DNA of 64,000 nucleotides from Selaginella moellendorffii (lineage: Eukaryota; Plantae; Lycopodiophyta): NCBI RefSeq assembly GCF_000143415.4, contig NW_003314373.1, positions 124,001-188,000 on the forward strand, read 5' to 3'. The translations under genes and the position numbers were made by a program. The notes beneath the pieces were generated by a model. It made no database searches. It was not told where the DNA came from and worked only from the letters and a program-made list of their open reading frames with translations. Positions 49,201 to 60,765 of the stretch are shown here, piece after piece. Every line of letters begins with the position of its first letter. Position 1 is the first letter of the stretch.

Positions 49201-52200
49201 CTTCTTCGAGGGATTTGCTATAAGGTCTGTTCTCTTCACTTATTTATATTCATCTACTTACCATTCTTTTACTAGGTTGGCATTGAAATGGCTCCTCGAA
49301 GCTATAACTTTAACAGTACCACAATTTTCTCGAAGGCAGATGTAATAAGCTTGGTTCCCGTGTACAAGGTTTGTTCTTAAAACCTGTTTCATTCTTCCGT
49401 CATTTTGACAGAATTTTCATTTGTGCTTCCAAAGCATGCAATTTGCTCGTCCGCTGATGGACGCACGCTCTTGGAGTCGTCAAAAGCGGCATTAGATAAA
49501 GGAAAGCTAGAGGAGGCCGTGTCTTTTGGAAGCAAGGTAAATCTCTACCATTCTCGTACATTTTTCTCTAATGTTTGTTTGTAGGCCCTGACAAAATTGA
49601 TAGCTGTTTGCGGGCCTTACCATCGAATGACTGCTGGAGCATATAGTTTGCTTGCAGTGGTTCTTTACCACACAGGAGACTTCAATCAGGTACACAAAAG
49701 CTACATATTGTATTAATGTAATTGATGACTTAATTGATGACTTTTTGTGATCAGGCCATGATATACCAGCAAAAAGCTTTGGACATAAATGAGAGGGAGC
49801 TTGGACTTGACCATCCGGATACAATGAAAAGCTATGGTGACTTGGCTGTCTTTTACTACAGGCTTCAACATACAGAGTTGGCATTAAGGTAAAGTTGCTC
49901 TTTTAAGTAGTGTACTCTATTAACTTCTGAGGTCAGATACGTTAATCGGGCACTTTACTTGCTGCACTTGATCTGTGGACCCTCACATCCGAATACAGCT
50001 GCTACTTATATAAATGTAGCTATGATGGAGGAGGCTCTTGGAAATGCTCACGTAGCTTTGCGATATCTACATGAAGCACTTAAATGCAACGAGAGGCTTC
50101 TCGGCAAAGATCATATTCAGGTGATACTATCTCAAACAAAACAAATCAGTTTTCATCTGGAGTACTTTACAGACTGCAGCAAGCTACCATGCAATTGCTA
50201 TAGCACTCTCACTGATGGAAGCATATACACTCAGTGTCCATCACGAACAAACTACGTATCAAATCTTGCAAGCAAAGCTTGGTCCAGATGACATCCGCAC
50301 ACAGGTTGATCGACTCCCTCTTGATTGTGAAACAGTCTCTCATGCATGATATGTGTTCTTTACAGGATGCTGCTGCCTGGCTTGATTATTTTGATTCTAA
50401 AGCAGTTGAGCAACAAGAAGCCACAAGGACAGGGGCACCTAAGCCTGATCCTTCTGTTGCAAGCAAAGGCCATCTTAGGTAGATGTCTAGTTTTATTTCT
50501 TCTTAAATCATATTGTGCTGCTTTTTATTGTAGTGTCTCTGATCTTCTAGACTACATTAACAAAGAAGTATCAACATCAAGTGAGAAGGATAAAAAGCCT
50601 AAGCGTTTGAAGGTAGAGTACAAACTGCCATTCGATTGTGCGCCACTTACTTTGTTTTTTTATACAGATTCTAACTGTAGAAGATAATGCGGATTCTCCA
50701 AAACAAGAAGCAGGGAATTCAAGCAGTACTCAGAGCCAAGAGGAGAATCCTATCATTAAAGAAGAAGTTTCGGGACAGGTTAGAGAGCCTCCTTCCAACG
50801 CAGAAGATCGCATTGCCAAGATTTCCAGCTCAACGGAAGTTTCCAACGCAGCGGTGATATCTTCGGAAGAGGTTAATGAAGATGAAGGATGGTTCGAAGC
50901 TACATCAAGAAGGAAAACGCTACAAAGAAAGAAGTTTAGCAGTTCAGATGTATCTGGCACTAGCAGGATGGGATTTAAAGGCACACGCCCTGATACTCCT
51001 TCCGAGAGTGGTAGTGGTACGCAAGAGAAGCTGGACGTTCCTTCCGATAGTGGTACACAGGAAAAGCTGGAAGTTTCTTCTGGGGTGGCTGAACAAGGTC
51101 AGGTTCCTAGCGTCACAACACAGGGTAACAGATCCTACAAAGACGTGGCTCTGATGATGATACGGCCGTTACAACAATTGCAGCAAGCAGCAGTGAAAGT
51201 GGCAGGGACCAAAACAGAAACGAAAACAACAGGGCAAGCTGAAGAGGAGGATTTGATGTCTTGCGAAGGATCTTCGAGCTGTTCTTCATCAGCAGCAGCC
51301 ACAACTCCTGCGAAGACTAGTATTCCCAAACCAGCTTCTCGTCCCGACTCACAACAAACTACCATTGAAGTGGCCATGACTCCCATTCGAAAGCAGGTAC
51401 ACCTTCCTTCAAAAACTCAGGACTGCCAACCTTCTGTTGTCACACCGCCACCTCTTGCAACTCCAGCCTCCCTTTTCAATGCCCCTGGATCTCCTTCTCA
51501 CCATCCTCCTCCCACCACACCTGGTGCCAAGAAGCTTATGAATCCTTTTGCAATCGAGTTTGTCCCGGGCAGAAAGTGGCATCCGTTTCTTCCATCCGAG
51601 ACTAACTCTTTACAAACAGGAGGATCAGGCTCTAAAGATCAAGACGAAAAGAGGGAAAGCCAAGGTGGTGTGAGTGATGGTGATGGCGATACAACAGAAA
51701 GTCTAGAGCAAGGCAGTCCCGAAAAACCACAGGCAGAGGAGACAGTAAAAAATAGTGAGTTAGAAATGGCAAAGACACAAAGGCTCCAGGAAGAAATTTT
51801 ATTACATGAAGAAGCGGCAGCAGCAGCACAAGGCTCAATCGCACAGGAGGAGCAAGACGAAAGTTTTGAAGGGGAAGTAGCAATAACAACACCAAGCATA
51901 AGTTTGGAACAAGAGGACACTGGTAGCAACAAGGAGGGGATTCACAGTGACAGTGACGAGAGATTGCTAGTTGCTGCGGGGGACAGAGATCAATCTGGCT
52001 TTGCAGCAGCAATGGCAAGCAAAAGGTGGTGTAGCAGTAGCAACTTTACGAGATCACGGAGTCGCGGGGCTCGCTGGCAGCGGCGCTCGGACGGAGCGAT
52101 CACCAGAGTGTACAGGCTGCAAGAAGGGAGCTCCAGTGCCAACCCGCAGCTGAAAACCACCTCCACTTTCACAAACGTCCCGGAGCCGCACACATTGCAG

Positions 52201-52245
52201 TCGCCAGCGTCGTCCACTCTCATGAGGAGCGTGCGAGTAAGCTAG
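46210..52245 (+). CDS. REC: CLU-family TPR protein, REDUCED CHLOROPLAST COVERAGE / TSS-like, more than 20 exons
   Basis: MAPR...[83 protein letters not shown] region [31 protein letters not shown]2-like [12 protein letters not shown]. Confidence 0.95.
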
Positions 52246-52656
52246 AGAAGGGCGAGAGTTCTCACGAAAGAAAAATCCATCTAGCACGCTTGGAAAGGAC
52301 GAAAAAATAAGAACGCTATGTCATGGAATGCTCCATAAGTGTCTTCTCTGGCCCAAAGGTTTAAAGGTTTAAAGGTGGCACCACTTTTTGTTTTGTTTAA
52401 ACAACCAGTTTAGGGTTTATGGTTGCCGAGGCTGGGGGCTTCGTTCCGTACCACCGAGGCTGGCTGGGCCAGGTTCGGTAGCCAAGCGGTTTTGCGGTTT
52501 CGTTAATCTTGGGCGAGCGGTTCTGTTTCATCATCGTCATCGTCGTCGTCATCACCAACAGTGGTGTGGGTTTTTGTTGGTGGTTTTGCGTTGTCATCCG
52601 CTTTGCTCGCTCTCCCTCCTCCCGCGAGCTCGCCACTTTGATGCCACAGCGCTTCC

Positions 52657-54891
52657 ATGGATCCCCAGAACCGAGGAGCAACCGGAGGAGGAGCTAGTAG
52701 CGCCAGCAGGTTCCTGGGCTACAGCCGCCTCGCCAGGCCTCGCTCCATGCGAGCCTGCCGCGTTCGTTCTCTCAAGGTTGGTCTGCGAGGCTTAGACGCA
52801 CAAAAGCAAATTCTTTTTCCACGAAGTTTGTATGGCTTATGGATCTCACAACTTGGGTGGTGTAGTTACAGGAAAGAAGTGGCGCAACCCAGCAAGTCCC
52901 AGGGCTTAAGCAGGGGACAGAGTTCTTCGAACTTCTAGCAGCCGTTGCCGGACAGTTTCTCCAGGACGCCAGCAGCAGTGGAGAGCCCGAGTGCGATGGT
53001 GGTGGCGGCCGAGACAGGAGTAAAAAACCCGCTACCACTGCTGCGGCTGCGGCTGCCGCTGCCGCTGCTGCTGCCAAGCATGGTGATTCTTTCATTCGTG
53101 TTTCTTCTTTCCATTCTGAATGCTTGGCTTTCAGCTGGCTCGTTTCGCAAGAGAAGGTACCAGAACGATCCTCCCTTTACTGCTCGACAAGGAGGAGGAG
53201 GAGCTCGCGGCTCGTCGTCCAAGCGGAAGAAATCCCCGGATGACGCTGGAAGTGCCGACGATATGTCGCAAGGATCTCTGGATAATATGATGAGCATCGA
53301 CTTCGAAGGTATGCTTGCCATCTTCTTCTTGCTTGATCTCTGTGATCTTGTTTGTAGCCAAGGCGGCAACGCCAACACCATCATCGGCCAGTGGATCATC
53401 GTCTCCTCGAAAAACAGGTGCTGTCTCTAAAGAACAGGTCCTCGGTGCATTGATTTTTCACTCGGTATTGGAATGCTCATCCATGGCCTTCTCTTCTCTT
53501 CCTGCAGTAAAACTCAGCATCAAATCCTTCACGGTTCCAGAGCTTCTCATCGACATGCCAGAGTCTGCAACTGTAGCCAGCCTCAAGGTAAAGTAGTTTT
53601 TCTCCACTCTCTCGGTAGTTTCTTGTTGGATTGAAAGGAAACGAAAGATAAAAACCGTCTTTGTTTTGCACAGAAAGCTGTGCTGGATGCAACGATGAAC
53701 CTGCTGGGTGGTGGCCTGAGAATTCGTGTTTTCCTCCACGGCAAGAGAGTCCCTGACGAGGAAGCCACACTGGCTCAAGTCGGGCTTTCCGCTCAGGCTG
53801 GAAAGAGCGGCTCTCTGGGATTTATGTTGGAGCCAGCATCCTCTTCCAACTCCGAGGATGCTCTCCTCGGACTCTCTCAAGCAGCCAGCCAGCCAGGAAC
53901 TTGGTAAAATCTCGACGTCCTTTGTTTCTTCTTCTCATCACTTCCTCGCTTGTTTCCATTCTAGGCACCCGACTTTGGCCGTGAGCACGGACGGGAGCTG
54001 GGCCGTGGTAGAAGGCCAAGAGAAAATGGAAGACGCTGTGATTGAGACAGATGCTCGGCTCGCATGCTCGCTGGTTTCGGGTGGTGGTGGTGATGGACAG
54101 GCACAGATAAATGCCAAATGGACTGGTACAACAACACACCTGCTTTGTTTAGACGGATGCCATAAAAACAATCTGAGAACATATAAAGCAACACGGGTGA
54201 CAGCGGCTGGGGGTATGACCTTTCATTTACAGCACACAAGAACAAGGAACAAAAGAACGAACAAAAACCAAGAAAGGATAACAATTCACAGGCTCTTTTC
54301 TTTGTTTCTCTCGTGAGAGTGAGTGATCGTTCTCTCCATCTTCTTCTTCTTCCAGATGTCGAGCAAGCAGGAGCCATCGTCCAGCATCCGACACTAGGAG
54401 GGGACAACTCGTCGCAGAGCCTGGCTATGGTTTCGTTGCGGCAGAAGCAGCTCACCATCGAAGGCACCAAGCGCAGGATACGAAGGCCCTTTACAATCTC
54501 TGAGGTGGAAGCTCTTGTCTACGCCGTGGAAAAGCTCGGCCTTGGAAGGTAAACGTTTTCTTCGTCAGAGGTGGTGGTGTAAGCTCATGTTTCTAGATGG
54601 CGTGACGTGAAGCTGTGGGCTTTCGATCAAGCCAAGCACCGGACTTACGTCGACTTGAAGGTGAACACGAAAAAACTCTCGTGGATTTCGAAGTTTTTGA
54701 GTCTGTGCTACAAAGTTTCATGGATTTTCATTCTCCAGGACAAGTGGAAGACTCTAGTTCACACGGCACGGATTGCGCCGCACCAACGCAGGGGCGAGCC
54801 CGTCCCTCAGGAGCTACTCGAGAGGGTGATACGAGCTCAAAACTACTGGACGGCGAGGCAGGCAAAGCAGCAAGCCGAGCTCGATTTCTAG
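52657..54891 (+). CDS. TRFL: TRF-like telomere repeat-binding protein (TRP/TBP1 type: ubiquitin-like domain + C-terminal Myb with Myb-extension)
   Basis: VKLSIKSFTVPELLIDMPESATVASLK...LGGGLRIRVFLHGKRV...SLGFMLEP; KRRIRRPFTISEVEALVYAVEKLGLGRWRDVK...RTYVDLKDKWKTLVHTARIAPHQRRGEPVPQELLERV. Confidence 0.95.
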
Positions 54892-55199
54892 ACATTCTTT
54901 CTCCCATTTTGATTTATCTTATATTTCTATACTGCACAGCTCCACAGCTAAACAGCTAAGCTCGCTCGCAAAGTTTTTGCAAGCAGTTGTGCATGCGGTT
55001 GTAAGAGGCCGAGCAGCGGTTTAACTGAAACATGCCTTCAACGTCCAAGCATTCCTTCTGTAAACCAAATGGTTTTTTGGTGTTTGTTTGAGTAGACAAA
55101 ATGCTTTTTCGGATGAAGAAGCTCTAAGATATATTTGCTTGTGTGGTTTTTTGGTGTTTGCACAATCCTTCATCATAGTCTGCGGCCGATTTCAGAGCT

Positions 55200-58100
55200 C
55201 CCAGCTCAGCCAGCTTGTATCCCTTCTCAAATGCTGGTGGCCGATACACATTCGCGTTGAGTGGCAGCAGGATTGGGAGTCCACCTCAATTCTGCCCCTC
55301 GCCATTGGTTTGCACAGGCACGTTTCCCATCATAGCCACTGCGTCGTCGAGCTGGTTTGCAAGCACATGAATCATGCAGCCATAATAGGCGTCACGGCAA
55401 ACTTTGTAACATAGAAAGCTGTCTTCCGTTGCTCTTGGGCCATGGCAAACTGTGTTAAGTTTGAAGGAAGAGAAAGATTTTCAACGCGGCAACTAGTAGA
55501 TTAGTTCATGACAATGATCCAGATGTTTGATATTACTTTGAAGTCTAAAGCTCCCTTCTTTCTAGTTCTACCAGCAAACACATGCATTGCTGCTAACACA
55601 ATGCTACTAGAAACGTTAGTCCTGGCACCGTATCTCCATCATTTCAGTGCGCTTGACTCCAGCTTCGAGCACCTGCACAAGTGGTGGCACACTGCACAAC
55701 CAAGTTTCGTCATCTTTTACCTTGCCCACTTCGGTGAAATGGTCGGCCCAATGCAGCTCTTATCACAGGGTTTCGTAGGAAATAATTCCTCTCATCTCGC
55801 CACCTTGATGCCACAGCGCTTCCATGAAGGAGGAACAGGTTCCTTGCCGAGGACACGAATCACTTTTCGAATGTAGCAAACAACCCTAAACTAGCCATAG
55901 AGTTTTTCGAACTTCTAACAGCCGCTGCCGGACAGTTTCTCACATTTTCTCATGGTATACACCCTTCATGTCAGCAACAAGGACGGTCGACTCCTCATCT
56001 GGGTCCGCGGCCAACAAGGCCGCTGCCGCACTTACAATGTTGTTGTCCCTTTCCCTCATAACGATTTGGAACTCTTCCAGCGATAAACTGGACACTATGA
56101 GGAGATCCTCAGGTTGGATCTCGGCCTCCACCACCTCCAGTTTTTGAGATGTAAGCCGCTACCAAAGAAAATAAGAATAAGAAATAATCAACTGTGTTCT
56201 ACCATACCCTGAAGTGACTGCCTCCAACAAGTGCTACCAGAAAAGTAGGTCCACTCACGGCTATGTGACTTCCCTTGAGTACTATTACATTTGAGTGCAA
56301 CTCTGGAAGCCACTCATTATCCTGTCAAACACCAAAACATGATCACCAAAATTCCTTTTTTTTTATTGTGCCAATGCTTTCATCTTCATCGTCTGAGTCT
56401 GAGTCTCCCTCATTTTTTCTTTCCTCTTTCAATCTTTTCTTCTCTTCCTCAACTTGAATGAGTTCTTGAATTCTTGCTCGAATACCCAGCTTAACTCTGC
56501 AACCCACAAGCACACTGCTAGGCACAAACACAATACTACCTGCTGAAAAGAGTCTCTATGGCTTGTGCAACAGTGATGCCACTTGTAAGAGTTTTTTCGT
56601 AATAGTTGTTGAACATCTCCAACCGATACAACGCAAGATCTGGGGCCCCTGCATGAATCTCGCGCTTCGATCAGCCTTGTGCGGGTCAAAAAAGAGCTGA
56701 CTTACATGAATGCCTGGTCCCTCGATGGCCTTCTGACACGATGAAGTGGATCGGCTCGCCATTAACTATTACCTTTTGAAACAGAGTCTACAACACCAAA
56801 AATTGGAATTTAAGCAGAGCACAAGAAAAAACTTACAAGATAAGACGCCACAAGTTTATCTACTCGAGCAAAGACGATGCCATCATGGTGCACTTGTGGC
56901 CCAAAGCAGCCTGGTTGAGAGTAGAAGCGCTCTCCCCTCGTCACCATAAGCTCTTAATTAGGGCTTCTAAAAAAGGGCGTGGTTTAATAACTCTTAACAA
57001 TAATGTTTTGTAGCGACCACCAAGTTTTGCCGCTTCTAGCACGATCGTCTGGCTTTCACTGCACCATAGTGAGCTGATTTGCTCCACAGAGTACATCGTA
57101 GGCGTGACGTTACCAGATGAAACATGGAAACCCATAGAAAGCTGCTAAGTTTGGGGGACACCGCCAGTCTGGTGCTGAGGCCGAGCTGAGCAACTAGTAG
57201 ATGAATTCATGACAATGATCCAACTGGGATGTTGGATATTATTTTAAATTCTACCGTGCCAAAGCTAGTTCTATACACTCTTGCTACTAAGACAACGTTA
57301 CGCTTGTGATCCACTCGGTGCCTGCATTCCAAGCTGTAACCCAGAAATTTGCACTCGACGCTCTTGGCATCAAGCTTTCTTCTCACCTGACCCGGGACAT
57401 GAGCCCAAGCCTCGCAGCCGAAGATGCGCCAGTGTGCCATATAGGGCTTCCGTCCACACACCAATGATATCTGTGGTCCCATGCAGACGCTTGGACGAGG
57501 TTGGTTATCGATATTTTCCTGACATTTATCAATGATTTTTCTCGCTATACGGTGGTGTATTTTCTACGCCTCAATTCTGAAGCGGTACCGCATTTTCTCA
57601 AGTTCACAGCTGTAGGCAAGACACAAACTGGGCAGGGTTTGAAACGGCTCAGGTGTGACAGGGGCATCAGGTGAATTCAATCGAGTTTCCCAAGAGGCTG
57701 ATACATATTGTTCGAGAATTTCACAGCGGCGTATATTCCGGTTGTGCGGAGAGGAAGAATCGCACTCTGCACGAACAGGTTAGTGGCTTACCCAATTCTT
57801 TTTGGATCAGCCTGGCTAACTATGTCCAAAATCAGTTCTGCCATGCGGCTGACCAGCTCCATCTTCTCACTACCACACGGAGCATTGTCTTTAGTGTTTT
57901 CACTTTCCATTCCTACAGGGTCAGGTGACAATGGATACTTGCGACCGGTGTTTCAACTTGAACAGGCCACGAGATGTCATTGGGTTGACCATCCTTTCCA
58001 TGGTCACCAAGGTGGGCAAGGCCAAAGATGATCAAGTGCAGGTGCTTGAAGCTGGTGAGCTTTGCTCAGCTCAGTCTCGCAGCCTACCTCCTCCAGAAAC

Positions 58101-59140
58101 TGTGGGAGCTTCTTCATCTGTGGGAGATCCTCCTGACGAGCTTCTAGTGGGCTCTGTCTCCATCATCCTCCTGCTGCCCTGGTTCCTCCAGTGGTGAATG
58201 CCGCCCCTATTCCTCCCCTGGATCCCGTTCCTCCGGGTCGTGCTAGGGTTGACGCGGACTCCACGCCGCTCTGACCGCCAGAGGAAGACCAATTCGCCTC
58301 ATTCGTTTTCACTGTTGGAGAACGTCCTATCCCAGCTCTTACGGTCAAGCCATGGGATTCTCCAGAAGCAAAATTCGGACGAGATGCGTTCGCGGAGGAA
58401 GAATAGCACTCCCGTGCTGGTTTCGTCTATTCCTGCCGGGTGTTTTCTTTGAAAGCACACCCTGATGGCACCACTCGTTTCAAGTCACGACTGGTTACAA
58501 AAGGAGTCCCTGCAATCCACGAGACTTTTGCATGCAGCAGGGTTACGTATTGCTCTGCAATCTGTATAGCGTGGGATTCAAGCGAAGCCAGTCTGCATCC
58601 AATTCGGCCCACCAGATTTCACCATCCTAAGCTTACAGTTGACAACGTATCCCAGCAGCAGTGAATTCCGCGAAACCACGTCTCGGCTCGGCATCTTGTG
58701 GAAAACTTTTCGAGCTTCCACCATACTTTCGCAGCGGGTCTACCAGGGAATTTGTCCGAGAGAAAGCCACACTTCACAGACTCCGAGTGGACTTCCTGGA
58801 CAGCGCCGGCCTTTCTTGTGATAATTCTTTCTGCTCCGCCAGGCTCGCACAAGCCATGAGGGCAGCGACGAGCGTCTGGAACGCACATTCACGTTGCATG
58901 AGCGAGAAGAGCATCAAAGCCATAGACTCTGGAATGAAACTCTCAACTTCATGGACAATTCATGAGTATATTATAGAAGATCATCTTGGTCAACACAGTT
59001 TTCCATATTCCTCTGGCCACTATCCCAGAACTGGAGACGCTGAGGCATATCGAAAACCACACGTCGCATGCAAATCCACCGGAGTGATCGAACATCCCAA
59101 CCCTTGGCGAATATTCGGCCTCCATGTTGCTTAGTTTAGG
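55200..59140. mobile_element. Scrambled Ty1/copia remnants on both strands, mixed with other fragments
   Basis: Minus strand: RIFGCEAWAHVP...RRKLDAKSVECKFLGYS (57207-57482). Plus strand: DICGPM, LKRLRCDRG, SGCAERKNRTL, FSLKAHPDGTTRFKSRLVTKG, LSCDNS. About 80 bp is duplicated at ~55490 and ~57190. Confidence 0.75.
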
Positions 59141-59802
59141 GCAAAGCCGCGGTAGAAGTTTCCACATGTTTGCCAGCGAGTCTTGGTTTTGTCTATGCGG
59201 TGTTTGATAGAATAGTTATTGATAGACTGGACTTTTCAAAAGCTAGAGATTGACGAGCCCACATAACACACACATACACACACACAAACGCGCACGGGTG
59301 GAAATCCCTTTGGCCGTCAATGTGGATTACGCGCGAGATGCTCCGAAACCGCGTCTTTGGCTCGGCTCGGCTCTCTCTCATGTAAGTAGAGCGTCACTAC
59401 TCGGGATGGGAATTTGACAAAGGGCGAGGAGAGCTCAAATGTGGATCTGGATGCGTGGATTTATAGAGTGGACTCGTGAGCAGCAAAATTTCTCCACCGC
59501 AGGCTTTACAGATTGTCTCTCTTTCTAGGGGTTGGAAAATTAGGTAGAGGATTGCGAGCTGGGAAGGTGAAAAGGAGCGAAAAGGAAAGACACACACACA
59601 CACACCCATCGCCAATCAATCAATCAATCAAGATCTAGTTCTTACTCGAAAAGGCCAGGCAGGGAAGCTAGAACAGGGGGCCACTCCACGAATTCCCATC
59701 TGGGCTCGCGAGATAGGATCGATTCGTTGCGACCCACGTCGCCAAATCCCTCGATCCGCCGACCCAAGTCGCACATTCCCCCAATCTCGGATGTTCTGCT
59801 AG

Positions 59803-60765
59803 ATGGGTCTCTTGCCGGTGCTCGTCTACTACGCCTCGGTCTCGCGATCGGGCGGGCGGGCGCTCGCGGAGTACAAGAACCGCTCCTCCTCGCGCGACCT
59901 CGCGCCCGTCGTCGTGGAATGCCTCGAGCAGATGCCGCCACTCCACAGCCGATTCACGCTCACCATCAAGCGCCGGATCTTCTCGTGCCTCATGGAGGGC
60001 GCCTTCACGTACTGCTGCATCGTGGACGAGGCGCTGGGCAAGAGCGACGCTTTCGCATTCCTGGAAGCCATGCGAGACGAATTCGTCGCGTTTCTCGACT
60101 CGCGGGGCCTCCGCAGCGACGGCGAGGGATTGGAGTCCTTCGCGTCGGCCATCAACAAGGAATTCGGCGCCACCATCAAGGTTCTCACGTTGCCCCTCAT
60201 TGGAGTGCCGCAGAAGGAGATCGATAGCTTGAGAGCTCAGGCCAGTCCGCGCGGCTCGTCCGTACCACCGGCGGCGCCCTCCGTACCATACCGCGCGGAT
60301 GAGGGCGCCGCGATGACCGACCCGTTGTACAGCGGTAGCGAGCGGTCCGACGGCGGGCCCGAGATGGGGAGGTCGGGTAGCCGAGCTGTCCGCTCGTCAC
60401 GGCACAAGAGGATGAATGGAAACCTTCACCAGCAGCAGCAGCAGGAGCCCATCCAAGTCCAGCATTTGCTAGCGAATGGTATCGGAGGTGACGAGGAGGA
60501 TGGTGGCGATGATCGAGGTGGCCGGATCGAGGTGGTGGTGGATCAACCGGGTAACAGCAGCTTCAATGTGACCGCTCCGGCTGGCAACGCGAGGAACAAC
60601 GAGGCCGGCGACTTGTATCCCCACAGCAAGAGCTTTAGCATCCGGGAGGCCGAGAACAAATGGTGGAGGACTGTCAAGTTGGTGCTGCTGGTGGACGTAG
60701 CGGTGTGCATTCTTTTGTTTGTCATCTGGCTGGGAATTTGCCGGGGTTTCGAGTGCGTCCGGTGA
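59803..60765 (+). CDS. PHYL2: Phytolongin (non-SNARE longin domain protein with C-terminal transmembrane helix)
   Basis: VYYASVSRSGGRALAEY...CLEQMPPLHSRFT...AFAFLE longin domain; C-terminal KWWRTVKLVLLVDVAVCILLFVIWLGICRGFEC; intronless. Confidence 0.92.
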   Translation: MGLLPVLVYYASVSRSGGRALAEYKNRSSSRDLAPVVVECLEQMPPLHSRFTLTIKRRIFSCLMEGAFTYCCIVDEALGKSDAFAFLEAMRDEFVAFLDSRGLRSDGEGLESFASAINKEFGATIKVLTLPLIGVPQKEIDSLRAQASPRGSSVPPAAPSVPYRADEGAAMTDPLYSGSERSDGGPEMGRSGSRAVRSSRHKRMNGNLHQQQQQEPIQVQHLLANGIGGDEEDGGDDRGGRIEVVVDQPGNSSFNVTAPAGNARNNEAGDLYPHSKSFSIREAENKWWRTVKLVLLVDVAVCILLFVIWLGICRGFECVR

